Positions 49,101-57,997 of a DNA stretch of 64,000 nucleotides are shown here, piece after piece. The DNA comes from PVC group bacterium. GTDB lineage: Bacteria > Verrucomicrobiota > Kiritimatiellia > CAIKKV01. A program made the translations under genes and the position numbers. The stretch is from NCBI GenBank assembly GCA_945898015.1, contig CAMDGM010000003.1, positions 14,618-78,617 on the forward strand, read 5' to 3'. Within the stretch, counting starts at the first letter, position 1; each line of letters begins with the position of its first letter. The notes under the pieces are model-generated. The model was not told the origin of the DNA and ran no database searches. It was given only the letters and a program-made list of their open reading frames with translations.

Positions 49101-49308
49101 CGTGTTCGAGGCGGGCGCAGTCCGGTTTCGTCCGATTTTCCTGACGGCCGCCGCAACGATGCTGGGCACGTGGCCCATCACGCTCGACCCGATCTTCAGC
49201 GGGCTGGCCTGGGCCATCATCTTTGGGCTCTTCGTCTCCACGGCGTTCACGCTGCTGGTCATTCCAACGGTATACATCATGATTTACGGCAAACAGGCGG
49301 CGGGGTGA
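46102..49308 (+). CDS. RND efflux permease
   Basis: PREEEPQIVVP, GLLVDDPIVAVENI, RNGILLVDF, RFRPIFLT. Confidence 0.96.
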   Translation: MENETKHSAVGGIIDAFLKGNLAVLLIIISLAAGAAALFLTPREEEPQIVVPLADVMVMYPGGSAQEVERLVSSRLERMLYQIDGVEYVYSMSRPGMAVVTVRFAVGQNREQSLIKLYNKLFQNIDKTTPGIAGWFVKPIEIDDVPIVNVALYSDRYDEHVLYRVGEEVVARLQRIPNTAAITLHGGQSRVLQVYLDMERLAAYGFTPMEIAGALKVSNAQGESGGFDQANASLRVQAGPFLSSAAEVRNLMVGIHDNRPVYLRDVARVEDGPAELTTYSRIGFGAAAGSAAPSLTARPSYPAITLAVAKKKGSNAVWVAKEVEAALAEMRGKIIPDEIQVRVTRDYGATANDKVNGLVESLVEAIITVIVLIAIAMTWRVSLIVALAIPITYALTLLVNYLAGYTINRVTLFALILALGLLVDDPIVAVENIYRHLAMKRFPRLKAISMAMNEVMPPVILATLAVIAAFLPLFFISGMMGPYMRPMALNVPLAMLASMLVSFAITPWVSSKLLPEHAAGEEEYDLKRTLTYRLYHRAMRPFADSRRNGKLLLAGTGVLFVLSMLLVPTGGVPLKMLPFDNKNEFQMLVDMPESATLETTDAVVRDLEDYLRTMPEVTDFTSLVGAGSPMDFNGLVRHYYLRQGPHVADLRVNLVNRTERAMDSHSITLRIRRDVAAIEKRWGARIKLVETPPGPPVLSTVVAEIRGRPHHEYQDLVNAAETVKASLAQEPGVVDVDDTVEANQAEFFFRVDREKAGLNGISTEDITQTLGLALAGMPGGTLHVPGQQNEVPIVLRLPREKRSDLALLKNIVVKGRGGRSVQLGELGSFERKTVDKTIFHKNLERVVYVTAEMAGRGPAYAVLSQQKHFAAHPLPAGLTLDWRGEGEWKITLDVFRDLGIAFAAALVVIYVLLVYETGSYVLPGVIMTSIPLTLIGIMPGFWLLNLLVDRPVGGFGNPVFFTATAMIGMIALAGIVVRNGILLVDFIRNAVERGASVRDAVFEAGAVRFRPIFLTAAATMLGTWPITLDPIFSGLAWAIIFGLFVSTAFTLLVIPTVYIMIYGKQAAG

Positions 49309-49401
49309 AGCCGGAGAACTTCCGGCTACGCGAACCGCCCGGCCACGAGAAACAGCCGGGCGACTCTTTCTCGAGCCACCTTCGTCTTCCAGCCTTTTCG
49401 T

Positions 49402-50100
49402 TCACGGCGCCGTGTAAATCAAATACAGCCCGCCCAAGAGGACCAGTCCGCCGCACACCTTTTTGAGGATCACCGCGCCCTTAGACTTCTCGTTCCAGTC
49501 GAGGTAGTGCTGGACCACCTCCGTGAACGTGCCTGCCAGCACGATGACCGAGCAATGCCCCATGCCGTAGAGCAGGAGCAGGAGGATGCCATACGGCAGA
49601 TTGGTTGACGCCAGCTTAAATGTGACCGCCAGCATCGGCGCCATGTAGGCAAAGGTACAGGGTCCCAGCGCCACCCCGAACACCAGGCCCAGGACGAACG
49701 CCGCCAACATCCCTTTGCTCTTCATGCCGGGCTGGGCGGCTCCCGGCATGGGCAGGCGGATGGCATCAAGCAAGTAGAGGCCGACCACAAAGAAAAGGAG
49801 GGCGACAAAGTAGTTTCCATAACGCCCCACATCGCCCAGCATCCGTCCAGCCATGGCCGTGATGGCGCCGATCACGCCGATCGTGATCAGAATGCCGATG
49901 GAGAACAGAAGGGAGAGGGTGAATGCCCGACGGGTCGAAATCCGGCCCTGCTGGTCCACGAACCCGACAATCAGGGGAATGCTGGCCAAATGGCAGGGGC
50001 TCAGCAGGATGCTGAGCACGCCCCATACAAAAGCGGCGCTCAGCGCCAATCCGGCCGAGCCATCGACGGCGCGCGACAAGGCGGTGAATAGTTGTTCCAT
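49402..50100 (-). CDS. ccdA: CcdA/DsbD-type transmembrane disulfide reductase
   Basis: LSPCHL and GPCT cysteines in about 6 TM helices. Confidence 0.9.
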   Translation of the reverse strand: MEQLFTALSRAVDGSAGLALSAAFVWGVLSILLSPCHLASIPLIVGFVDQQGRISTRRAFTLSLLFSIGILITIGVIGAITAMAGRMLGDVGRYGNYFVALLFFVVGLYLLDAIRLPMPGAAQPGMKSKGMLAAFVLGLVFGVALGPCTFAYMAPMLAVTFKLASTNLPYGILLLLLYGMGHCSVIVLAGTFTEVVQHYLDWNEKSKGAVILKKVCGGLVLLGGLYLIYTAP

Positions 50101-50112
50101 CCGGAGCCCCTT

Positions 50113-50637
50113 TTATTTCGCCAGGTCCACGCCGAACTCCTTCCACTTCGCCAGGATGTCATCTTTGCTGTAGAACCCCTCGTGGCGAAACAATTCTTTC
50201 CCCGCCGCATTGTAGAAGATCTGTGTCGGGATTACGTTGATCCCGTATTCTTTTCCCGCTTTCGGGTTTTCCCAGACGTCAATGAACTGAACGTCCAGCT
50301 TCCCGGCGTAGGTGTTCTGCAGGTCTTTAAGAATCGGCGCCATCAACTTGCACGGAACGCACTTCCCGGCGCCCAGGTCCACCAGACGGGGTAACATGTT
50401 TGTCTGGCTGGCCGCTTCCAGCGCGGCCGCGTTGGCGCCGGTTGCTTCAACGACGGCAGGAATAACGGTCGCCATAGGAGGAGTGCCCGGCGAAACATCT
50501 TTTAATCCGGCGTTCTTGGCTGCCAACACCCCTACAACCGCCAGGGCCAGGACGATCCAGATCCATTTGCCCGGCCCGCTGCAACAACTGCCGCCGCCGC
50601 ACCCGCAAGCAGAGCCCTCGTTCTTCTTTTCGCTCAT
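50113..50637 (-). CDS. Membrane-anchored thioredoxin
   Basis: CVPC, IPTQIF, RHEGF; Cys-rich N-terminus and TM helix. Confidence 0.9.
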   Translation of the reverse strand: MSEKKNEGSACGCGGGSCCSGPGKWIWIVLALAVVGVLAAKNAGLKDVSPGTPPMATVIPAVVEATGANAAALEAASQTNMLPRLVDLGAGKCVPCKLMAPILKDLQNTYAGKLDVQFIDVWENPKAGKEYGINVIPTQIFYNAAGKELFRHEGFYSKDDILAKWKEFGVDLAK

Positions 50638-50647
50638 CTCACGCTCC

Positions 50648-50881
50648 TCAGGTTAAATGTTTCTTGATCTCGTCCACGTTCAACACCTTTCCCGCGCTTT
50701 TCACCTGGCCGTCCACGACCAGTGCGGGCGTGGTCATCACGCCGAACTTCATGATATCCTGGATCTTCTCAACCTTTTCGATCTGCGCCTCGATGCCCAA
50801 CGCTTTGGCCGCCGCCTCCGTGTTGGCCATGAGTGTCTTGCACTTCGGACAGCCCGTTCCCAATATTTGAATTTTTAGCAT
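50648..50881 (-). CDS. Small redox-active disulfide protein (MTH895/Thioredoxin_3)
   Basis: ILGTGCPKC and GVMTTPALVVDG. Confidence 0.93.
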   Translation of the reverse strand: MLKIQILGTGCPKCKTLMANTEAAAKALGIEAQIEKVEKIQDIMKFGVMTTPALVVDGQVKSAGKVLNVDEIKKHLT

Positions 50882-50897
50882 GTGTCTACGCTTTCTG

Positions 50898-51917
50898 TTA
50901 CATCATGATATTAAACAGGTATCCGACCGCCATGATTCCGATCGCCACCACACCGAAAAACACGGCGAGCAACCGGGGTTTAAGAACTTTGCGAAGAATG
51001 ATCGCCTCCGGAAGGGAAAGCGCGATCACCGCCATCATGAACGCCAGCACCGTGCCCAGTGCCGCACCTTTGCCGAGCAGCGCCTGAACGATCGGGATGA
51101 TGCCTGCCGCGTTGGAATACATCGGCACGCCGATGAGCACCGCCAGCGGCACCGACCACCACGCGCCCTTGCCCATGATGGAGGCCATGAAGTTTTCCGG
51201 CACGTATCCGTGGATGCCCGCGCCCACGCCGATGCCGATCAACACATAGAGCCACACGCGCCCCACAATGTCTTTCACCGCGTCGAGTCCGAGGCGGATC
51301 CGCTCGGGCCAATCCGGCACCTCTTCCGGGCCGGCGTCGCCGAGCTTGGTCTCGTAAACCCAGTCTTCGACGTGCTTTTCCATCCGCAACCGTCCCATGA
51401 TCCAGCCGGACACGATGGCAATGACCAATCCCATACCCATATAAATCGCCGCGACCTTCCACCCGAACAACCCGAACAACAGGACCAGCGCCACTTCGTT
51501 GACCATGGGCGACGACACCAGGAAGGAAAAGGTCACCCCCAGCGGCACGCCGGTTGTGACGAAGCCGATGAACAACGGCACGGCCGAGCAGGAACAGAAG
51601 GGCGTGACAATGCCCAGCAGCGCGGCCAGCACATTGCCGGCGAATTCGCTTTTGCCGGAGAGAATCCGCCGCGTCCGTTCCGGGGTGAAGAACGAGCGGA
51701 TGATGCCCACGCCGAACACGATCAGGGTCAGCAGCATCAGCACCTTGGGCGATTCGAAAACAAAAAACTCAACGGCGACAGCCAGATGCGAACCGGGCGT
51801 CATCCCGAGCAGCGAATAGGTGAGCCAGGCTGCGACCGGCGCGAGACTGCGATACACAAGCCACCATATCGCGAGACCCGCGATGCCCCACGGCAGATAT
51901 TTGCCCGCTTTATTCAC
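50898..51917 (-). CDS. ArsP/DUF318 family permease
   Basis: TPFCSCSAVP, SSPMVNE, GVPMYSN, LSLPE; GTG start at 51917 or 51932. Confidence 0.92.
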   Translation of the reverse strand: MNKAGKYLPWGIAGLAIWWLVYRSLAPVAAWLTYSLLGMTPGSHLAVAVEFFVFESPKVLMLLTLIVFGVGIIRSFFTPERTRRILSGKSEFAGNVLAALLGIVTPFCSCSAVPLFIGFVTTGVPLGVTFSFLVSSPMVNEVALVLLFGLFGWKVAAIYMGMGLVIAIVSGWIMGRLRMEKHVEDWVYETKLGDAGPEEVPDWPERIRLGLDAVKDIVGRVWLYVLIGIGVGAGIHGYVPENFMASIMGKGAWWSVPLAVLIGVPMYSNAAGIIPIVQALLGKGAALGTVLAFMMAVIALSLPEAIILRKVLKPRLLAVFFGVVAIGIMAVGYLFNIMM

Positions 51918-51940
51918 AGGTGCACTCCCCACGCTTTCAT

Positions 51941-52258
51941 TCAGCCTGCCCTGAGCAAACTGGCCCGCCGCCGGGCATGGTTTTTCACGGCCTCGAAGGC
52001 GCACGTGAGGGCCTTGAGGATGCACGGGGTCTCGAGGTGGTAAAACACCTTCATGCCGTTGCGGCGGTCGCTGACGATCCCCGTTTTCTTCAGGATGGCC
52101 AGGTGGCGCGACAGGCCGGACTGATCGATGTCCGCCAGCGCGTTCAGCTCGCAGACGCACCGGTCGCCCGCGGTCAGGGCGTCCACGATCAGCACCCGGA
52201 CCGGATGGGCCAGGGCTTTGAGCATGTCCGCCCGTAATTCGGCCTGTTCGTATGTCAT
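51941..52258 (-). CDS. ArsR/SmtB family transcriptional repressor
   Basis: KALAHPVR, CVCEL, SRHLAILK. Confidence 0.94.
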   Translation of the reverse strand: MTYEQAELRADMLKALAHPVRVLIVDALTAGDRCVCELNALADIDQSGLSRHLAILKKTGIVSDRRNGMKVFYHLETPCILKALTCAFEAVKNHARRRASLLRAG

Positions 52259-52268
52259 GACGCCACCA

Positions 52269-52286
52269 TATGCGAATATGCGCATA
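52269..52286. promoter_or_regulatory. Putative ArsR operator
   Basis: Palindrome TATGCG-N6-CGCATA 11 bp upstream of the arsR start. Confidence 0.65.
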
Positions 52287-52372
52287 AGGGCAAGACCCTT
52301 TCGCGATATCCCATTACCTCTCGCAACTCGTCCGGGGAATCGTGCCCGAGGAGAATAAGCCCAACACGGCGA

Positions 52373-54406
52373 TTACTTTTTATTCTTCAAGGCCTGCGTT
52401 TCGTTCGCGACCGGAAGCTCCGGGCGGGCGGCCCATTCCGTCCAGCCGGCGTCGTACCATCGGACATTCGGATAGCCCAGCAGGTGTTTCAGCACGAAGA
52501 AGGTCTGGCTGGCCTGGTGCCCGGTGCGGCAATGCACGATGACTTCGGTGTTGGTGGACGGAATGAGTTGGCGGTAGGCGGCCGCCAGCTCGGCGGTTGG
52601 CTTGAAGGTGACGACCTTGTTGGAACTGGTGATCACATCCTCCGAGAAGGCGCGATTCAATGCCCCGGGGATATGGCCGCCGCGGGCTTCGTCGGACTTC
52701 TTGCCCGTGTAAAAATCCGCCGGCCGCACGTCAATGATCACGGTGCCAGGCTTGCCAATCGTGGCGGCCACGGTCTTGAAATTCACCGTGAAGTCATCGG
52801 CGTCCGTTTTCACCGGGCAGGTCGATTCGGTGACGGCGGGCAAAGCGGCGTTCACGGGCCGGCCTTCCTGCGCCCACTTGGCGTAACCTCCGTTCAGGAC
52901 GGCATAGTCCATGTGTCCCATCCGCTCGAACGCCAGGCCGGGCAGGGTGGCGTCGTGCATCTTGTCGCTGGGCACAAGGACAATGGTGTCGGAGGGGTGG
53001 AGGCCCAGGAGCGAGAACTGGGCCGCAAGCATGGCCGGAGGCAGGAGCATGGACGGCACGCCCCCGATGTTGCCGCGAAGGCTCTCCACGTTGAGGCTGA
53101 GGGAATTCGGAATGTGCGAGGCGTTATATTCCGGCTGGGGCCGCAGGTCAATGACCTTGAGCCCCGGGGTTCCGAGCCTTGCCGCAAGCCAGTCGGTCTC
53201 GACGACGCGCGGCAGGGCGGCGGTTACGACCTTGGCGAAGATTCCGACCTTGGGGGTTCCATCGGACGCGTTGAAGTAAGTGCGCCAGGCGTTGACCCGG
53301 GCGGCATCGACTGGCGTCAACGGCTCCGGTCGCAGCGAGACGGGCTTCAGGCAGCGATCCCGGAAGCCCTGCAGGCCATCCGTCAGCAGGTAGACATGGC
53401 CGAAGCCCAGGCGTTGAAGCGAGTCTCGGGCCTGGGCGGGATGGGTCATCCCATTGGAATAGAGAACGATCAGCCCTTTGTTCTTGTAAGGTTGAAGGGC
53501 CTCCGCCAACTCGGCGAGTGGCACGTTGAGCGCGCCGGGAATGTGGAAGGCGTTGAACTCGGCCGCCGGCCGCACGTCCACGACCACGAGATCCGGTTCG
53601 CCGGCCATCAGGCGGTCCGCGAGTTCCTCGGGTTCGATGTGGTCCCGGGCGTTCTCCACGGTTTCCATCAGGGCCTTCTCATCCACAGCCGTTGCGGCGG
53701 CCGTGTTCGCCGGCTGCACGGAAGCCCGTGTGCTGACTGGAGACAGGACGAACAAGCCGCACGCCAGCGCCACGAGGATCAGGCTGAAGGCCTTCAGGAA
53801 CGGCGACCCCAGATAGGGCGCCCGGCCCGTGCGCGCTTTTTCGGTCCGCTCCGACAGCCAGAACGCCGCCACGGCCACCAGTGTGAACGTGAGGACGAAC
53901 GCATTGCGTGACAGGCCCAGGGATAAATAGGCCATCTGTGTGCCCTGGTCGCCGGCGGTGTAGAGCGGCCGGACGAGGGGGAACACTTCGTTGAACAGGA
54001 TGCTGCCTCCTACGGTGCCAAGCAGGAACACGAGCGCATCGATCCGGCCGGCGGCGAGACCCGCCGCGGCCGTGCCGGGACACCAGGCGCCCATGACAAA
54101 GCCGACACCGAACAACAGGCCGCCCACGATCTGGGCGCCATAAATGGTCGGCATGAGAAAAATCTGATCCATGCGCATCCAGCCTAACCCCACCAGATAC
54201 GAGAGGCCCAGCAGGGCGGTGATCACCGCGGAGAACATCACCTTCACCACGGCCATGTCGGTGAAGTAGAAGACGCCGGCCAGCCGGCGCGAACTGCTGA
54301 AGCCGGCCCGCTCGAGCGCGAAACCGAATCCGAAGCCGATCAGCGCCGCGAGGAAAAAGGCCCGGTTGGTACCGAGGGCATCGAGACTGTAAAGGGTGTT
54401 AATCAT
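52373..54406 (-). CDS. YeeE/YedE sulfur-transport half fused to three rhodanese domains
   Basis: GFGFALERAGF, GAWCPG; rhodanese HIPGA motifs, final HCRTGHQAS and YDAGWTEW. Confidence 0.92.
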   Translation of the reverse strand: MINTLYSLDALGTNRAFFLAALIGFGFGFALERAGFSSSRRLAGVFYFTDMAVVKVMFSAVITALLGLSYLVGLGWMRMDQIFLMPTIYGAQIVGGLLFGVGFVMGAWCPGTAAAGLAAGRIDALVFLLGTVGGSILFNEVFPLVRPLYTAGDQGTQMAYLSLGLSRNAFVLTFTLVAVAAFWLSERTEKARTGRAPYLGSPFLKAFSLILVALACGLFVLSPVSTRASVQPANTAAATAVDEKALMETVENARDHIEPEELADRLMAGEPDLVVVDVRPAAEFNAFHIPGALNVPLAELAEALQPYKNKGLIVLYSNGMTHPAQARDSLQRLGFGHVYLLTDGLQGFRDRCLKPVSLRPEPLTPVDAARVNAWRTYFNASDGTPKVGIFAKVVTAALPRVVETDWLAARLGTPGLKVIDLRPQPEYNASHIPNSLSLNVESLRGNIGGVPSMLLPPAMLAAQFSLLGLHPSDTIVLVPSDKMHDATLPGLAFERMGHMDYAVLNGGYAKWAQEGRPVNAALPAVTESTCPVKTDADDFTVNFKTVAATIGKPGTVIIDVRPADFYTGKKSDEARGGHIPGALNRAFSEDVITSSNKVVTFKPTAELAAAYRQLIPSTNTEVIVHCRTGHQASQTFFVLKHLLGYPNVRWYDAGWTEWAARPELPVANETQALKNKK

Positions 54407-54932
54407 GCCATTGCCTCCTGACAAACCAGGCTGCGGCATAACCGCTGGCAAAGAGACACACCATGAACACGAGGCTGCCGGAAAGGAGCAGTGCGCCGCC
54501 GCTCAGGGCCTGGCCGGAGGTGCACCCCTGCGCCAGGCGGCTCGCGAAGCCGACGATCACACCGCCCGCGAGAGCGTACCAGAGACGTCGCCTCACGGAA
54601 GAGGCGGCACCGCGTTCCACCTGGATCCGCGCGCGGTTCGCCAGAAGCGCCGAGAACAGCGCTCCGACGAAGGTTCCCACGAACATGAACACGAGGTAAT
54701 AGTGCAGCGGGTTCGCGCCCCATTTGCCGAAGTATGCACTGCCCAGTGTGTGAGACGTTGCCACACACAGGGATAGCGAGGCGCCGATGCGCGCAATGCC
54801 GCTCGACGCGCCCAGCCCGGCTCCGAGAATCACGAATGAGGCCAGGAGCACCAAACCAAGCAAAACCCCGGTCAGATAGGGGTTCGAGTAGGGCTTGGGT
54901 CCGCCATGGAGGGGGTTAGCTTCCGTTTTCAT
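54399..54932 (-). CDS. YeeE/YedE sulfur-transport half
   Basis: GLGAS and RLAQGCTSGQALSG. Confidence 0.92.
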   Translation of the reverse strand: MKTEANPLHGGPKPYSNPYLTGVLLGLVLLASFVILGAGLGASSGIARIGASLSLCVATSHTLGSAYFGKWGANPLHYYLVFMFVGTFVGALFSALLANRARIQVERGAASSVRRRLWYALAGGVIVGFASRLAQGCTSGQALSGGALLLSGSLVFMVCLFASGYAAAWFVRRQWHD

Positions 54933-54935
54933 GAC

Positions 54936-56966
54936 TCAGCACCCCGCGCTTTTCTTCTTGGGCGTTTCAGGGGCGGCGGGAGCCGGCGCGGCCTGCCTGG
55001 CCGGTGCCGGCCCGGGAGCCGCGGGTTTCACGGCGGGGCCCGAAGCCGGAGCCCCCGCCGCCGGCCGGGGCATGGCAGACTCGTTCCAGTAGGCTTCCAG
55101 TCCGCCGTACAGAACCTTGATGGGGCGCTGGGTCTTTTGCGAGAGGATGCCGCCAGCCGCCATGGCCAGCGAGCCGTCGCGATCGACGATGATCAGGGGA
55201 ACCGTGCCGTTTAGATAAGCCGGGTTGGCGATCACCTCTGCGATATCCGCATTTACCGAACCGGGCAATGTGAAGTCCGCATACCCGGCCGGCGGGCGGA
55301 TGTCCACAATCTCGAACGTGCCGGGAAGGTCCATCAGCAGGCGTTTGAGTTCGGCGGCCGCCAGTCGTTCCGGGAGTTTGACGGTTCGAGCAGCGGGTGC
55401 GGCCTGGCCGGATCCGCTCCCGGTGGCACTCAGGGTCGGAAGCCCCTCGGCGATCCAGGCCTCGCTGCCGCCTTCCATATTCAGGACGGTCTTGAAGCCC
55501 ATCTTCTGGAGTACGGCGGCCCCCATGCTGGAGCGATAGGCGGAGTTGCATACGGTGAGGACCGGCATATCTTTGGATAGGCGTTTACCCTCTGTGAACA
55601 GCTTGTTCAACGGGGCATTCAGGACGTTGCCGATGCGAAGGCCCATCCATTCACTCGGAAGACGCACGTCCGCAATGACGGGCGCCGTGCCGGCCTTCAT
55701 CTGCTGATAAAGGACTTTGGGCTTCACCAGCGCGAAGGAGCCGACCGGCAGGTTGGCCTGTTTCCAGGCGTCCGGACCGCCCTGCAGATAGCCGGCGGGC
55801 GCGTCGTAACCAATACGTTTCAGGCGGAAGGCGGCTTCCTGGACTTCGCCATCCGAACCGATCAGGATGAACGGCTCACCCCAAGGGATCATGATGCCGG
55901 TCCAGGTCTCGAAGCGGCCGCGGATGCCGATGTTGATTGCGTCGGCGGGATGACCGGCGGCAAAGGGCCCGGTGTCGCGCACATCCACGAGCCACGCCCC
56001 TTTCTGGGCTTGGGCGGCGACGTTGGCAGGCGGCAGCGCCGCCGGCGTGGTCTTTTCCCAGTCCACGAGCGGCGGGCCGTCGTGATTCATTTTGGCATTA
56101 TGTTTGAAATACTGGGGGGCGTCGGGAAGCCCGTCGATCACGGCCATGATGTAGGAGGTCCGATCCGGATGCTGCAGATAGGGGTTCTCCAGGCGCTGTT
56201 CGCCTATCGTGGAGACCGGTTTGTCGCTCAGGTGCGCTCCACAGAGCGAGCCCGCTCCATGGGCCGGGAAGAACCGCGTGTCGTCGGGCAATTTCGAGAG
56301 TTTATCCTTCCACGAATGATAGCCCATTTCGGCCAGCTCGGCGGCGCTCATGGCGTCGCCCATCAGGTCGGGCCGCCCGACGCTGCCGATGAACAGGGTG
56401 TCGCCGGTGAGGACGAACGCCGGGTTCGGCGCCGAGGCAGGATTATACACGTAAAGACAGGTGCCGTCGGGTGTGTGTCCCGGGGTTGTCACGATCATCG
56501 CGCGCACCCGGCCGAAGGCGATGGCATCCCCGTTCGTGACGGCCTTGTGCGGGTAGCCAGCCTGGGTGGCCGCGTTGGCGATGATCTCGGCGCCGGCGGC
56601 CTTGGCCAGTTCCATATGCCCCGCCACGAAATCGGCATGCGAATGCGTGAGGTAGACCCGGGTAATCTTCAGGCCCAACTCCTGCGCATCCTTCAGGTAG
56701 CGGGCGATATCGCGGGCCGGATCGACGATCATGGCCTCCCCGCCGCTGCCAATCAGATAGGAGTAGTGCGACAGGACGCCCAGGTTGTACTGGCGGAATA
56801 CGAAGTCAGCGGATTTCTGCTCGGTTTCTTTGATGAGTTGAACGCTGGCTGCTTCGTCGCCGTGTGTCGCCGCCTCCGTATCGCCCGGCAGGCTGGCTGC
56901 CCGTGCCAAAGCGGCGGCAAGCAACATCCCCATCCCTAGATATCCGGCCACTCTCGATTTCTTCAT
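54936..56966 (-). CDS. MBL-fold (persulfide dioxygenase-like) protein with three rhodanese domains and a signal peptide
   Basis: THSHADFVAGH, TPGHTP, TGDTLF, PAHGAGSLCG; rhodanese VCNSAYRS. Confidence 0.92.
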   Translation of the reverse strand: MKKSRVAGYLGMGMLLAAALARAASLPGDTEAATHGDEAASVQLIKETEQKSADFVFRQYNLGVLSHYSYLIGSGGEAMIVDPARDIARYLKDAQELGLKITRVYLTHSHADFVAGHMELAKAAGAEIIANAATQAGYPHKAVTNGDAIAFGRVRAMIVTTPGHTPDGTCLYVYNPASAPNPAFVLTGDTLFIGSVGRPDLMGDAMSAAELAEMGYHSWKDKLSKLPDDTRFFPAHGAGSLCGAHLSDKPVSTIGEQRLENPYLQHPDRTSYIMAVIDGLPDAPQYFKHNAKMNHDGPPLVDWEKTTPAALPPANVAAQAQKGAWLVDVRDTGPFAAGHPADAINIGIRGRFETWTGIMIPWGEPFILIGSDGEVQEAAFRLKRIGYDAPAGYLQGGPDAWKQANLPVGSFALVKPKVLYQQMKAGTAPVIADVRLPSEWMGLRIGNVLNAPLNKLFTEGKRLSKDMPVLTVCNSAYRSSMGAAVLQKMGFKTVLNMEGGSEAWIAEGLPTLSATGSGSGQAAPAARTVKLPERLAAAELKRLLMDLPGTFEIVDIRPPAGYADFTLPGSVNADIAEVIANPAYLNGTVPLIIVDRDGSLAMAAGGILSQKTQRPIKVLYGGLEAYWNESAMPRPAAGAPASGPAVKPAAPGPAPARQAAPAPAAPETPKKKSAGC

Positions 56967-57099
56967 GCGGTGACTCCTTTTGCCATTATGTCCCGATTAC
57001 GACAATACCACGAGCGCCCATGCCGGTGATATGGGGTGTAGGCCCTATCCGGGCATGTAGCTTGACCCCTGCCGACTTTCGCGTCATCATATTCTCATC

Positions 57100-57507
57100 A
57101 TGACATACTACGACAAACAAACTTCAGAAAGCAAGCGGCCTAACCTGGACGATCCCCGCGTGCCGCTGGCCGCGGAGCGAACCTTCCTGGCCTGGATCCG
57201 CACCGGGCTGGCGCTGATGGGCTTCGGGTTCGTGGTGGCGCGGTTCGGGTTGTTTCTGCGGGAGCTGGAAGTGGCCCAGCATCTGGAAAGCACCTCGAAG
57301 CACGGCGTGTCGTTGTGGCTGGGAATTGCCCTGGTCGTGCTGGGGGTGTGGATGAACCTGGCGGCCCTGGGGCGGTATCGCTTTTATCTCCGGCAACTCA
57401 AGGCGGGAATCATGCCGGACGCGCACCCGCGTCTGGAAACGGCGGTGGCCGTGGTGCTCGCCCTGGTTGGGGTGGCGGCCGTGCTGTATCTCCTGATGGC
57501 CGCGTAG
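57100..57507 (+). CDS. DUF202 (YidH-like) membrane protein
   Basis: LAAERTFLAWIRTGLALMGFG. Confidence 0.93.
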   Translation: MTYYDKQTSESKRPNLDDPRVPLAAERTFLAWIRTGLALMGFGFVVARFGLFLRELEVAQHLESTSKHGVSLWLGIALVVLGVWMNLAALGRYRFYLRQLKAGIMPDAHPRLETAVAVVLALVGVAAVLYLLMAA

Positions 57508-57585
57508 GCCGCAGGATTGTTGAACCCTCGTTCAGCGGTCTGAGAAATAAATGATATTTCAGGTAAGATAGCGTCCGATAAAAGC

Positions 57586-57807
57586 ATGAAAACGACCATT
57601 TCGAAGAAGGGGCAGATCACCGTGCCCAAGGCGTGCCGGGACCGGCTGGGGCGGCGGCCCGGCACCGTGCTTGATTTTGAGGCCGTGGGGGGCAAGCTGG
57701 TGGGAAGCAAGCGTGTGTCCGAGGATGTCTTCAGGAAGTGGAGGGGAAAGGGCCGGTTGCCTGGCGCTCTGGGGGTTGACGCCTATCTGGCCCGGGTGCG
57801 GGGATGA
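57586..57807 (+). CDS. AbrB/MazE/SpoVT family antitoxin
   Basis: ISKKGQITVPKACRDRLG..PG. Confidence 0.92.
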   Translation: MKTTISKKGQITVPKACRDRLGRRPGTVLDFEAVGGKLVGSKRVSEDVFRKWRGKGRLPGALGVDAYLARVRG

Positions 57808-57997
57808 TCTCTACGTTCTGACCGCGGATCGTGCGCGGACCTTGGCGGCGGCGCATATCAAGGCGCATTACAAAGTGTCGTTTGCCGATGCCTTCGTGAT
57901 TGCCCTGGCGCCGGAATCGGCCGCCACCGTGGTCACGGGCGATCCCGAACTCAAAGCGGTCGAACCGTGGCTTCCTATTCTTTGGCTGCCGCGGTAA
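57804..57997 (+). pseudogene. Truncated PIN-domain (VapC) toxin
   Basis: Only the C-terminal half (SFADAFVIALA..VVTGDPEL) is present; the coupled ATG at 57804 is out of frame and stops after 5 codons. Confidence 0.75.

Noticed and set aside
49402..56966. Selenocysteine recoding in the redox genes
   Set aside because: The catalytic positions are Cys codons and the ORFs are full length, with no in-frame TGA at motif sites.
57020..57058. Imperfect inverted repeat between the divergent MBL and DUF202 genes
   Set aside because: Single occurrence with several bulges; an operator cannot be distinguished from chance.
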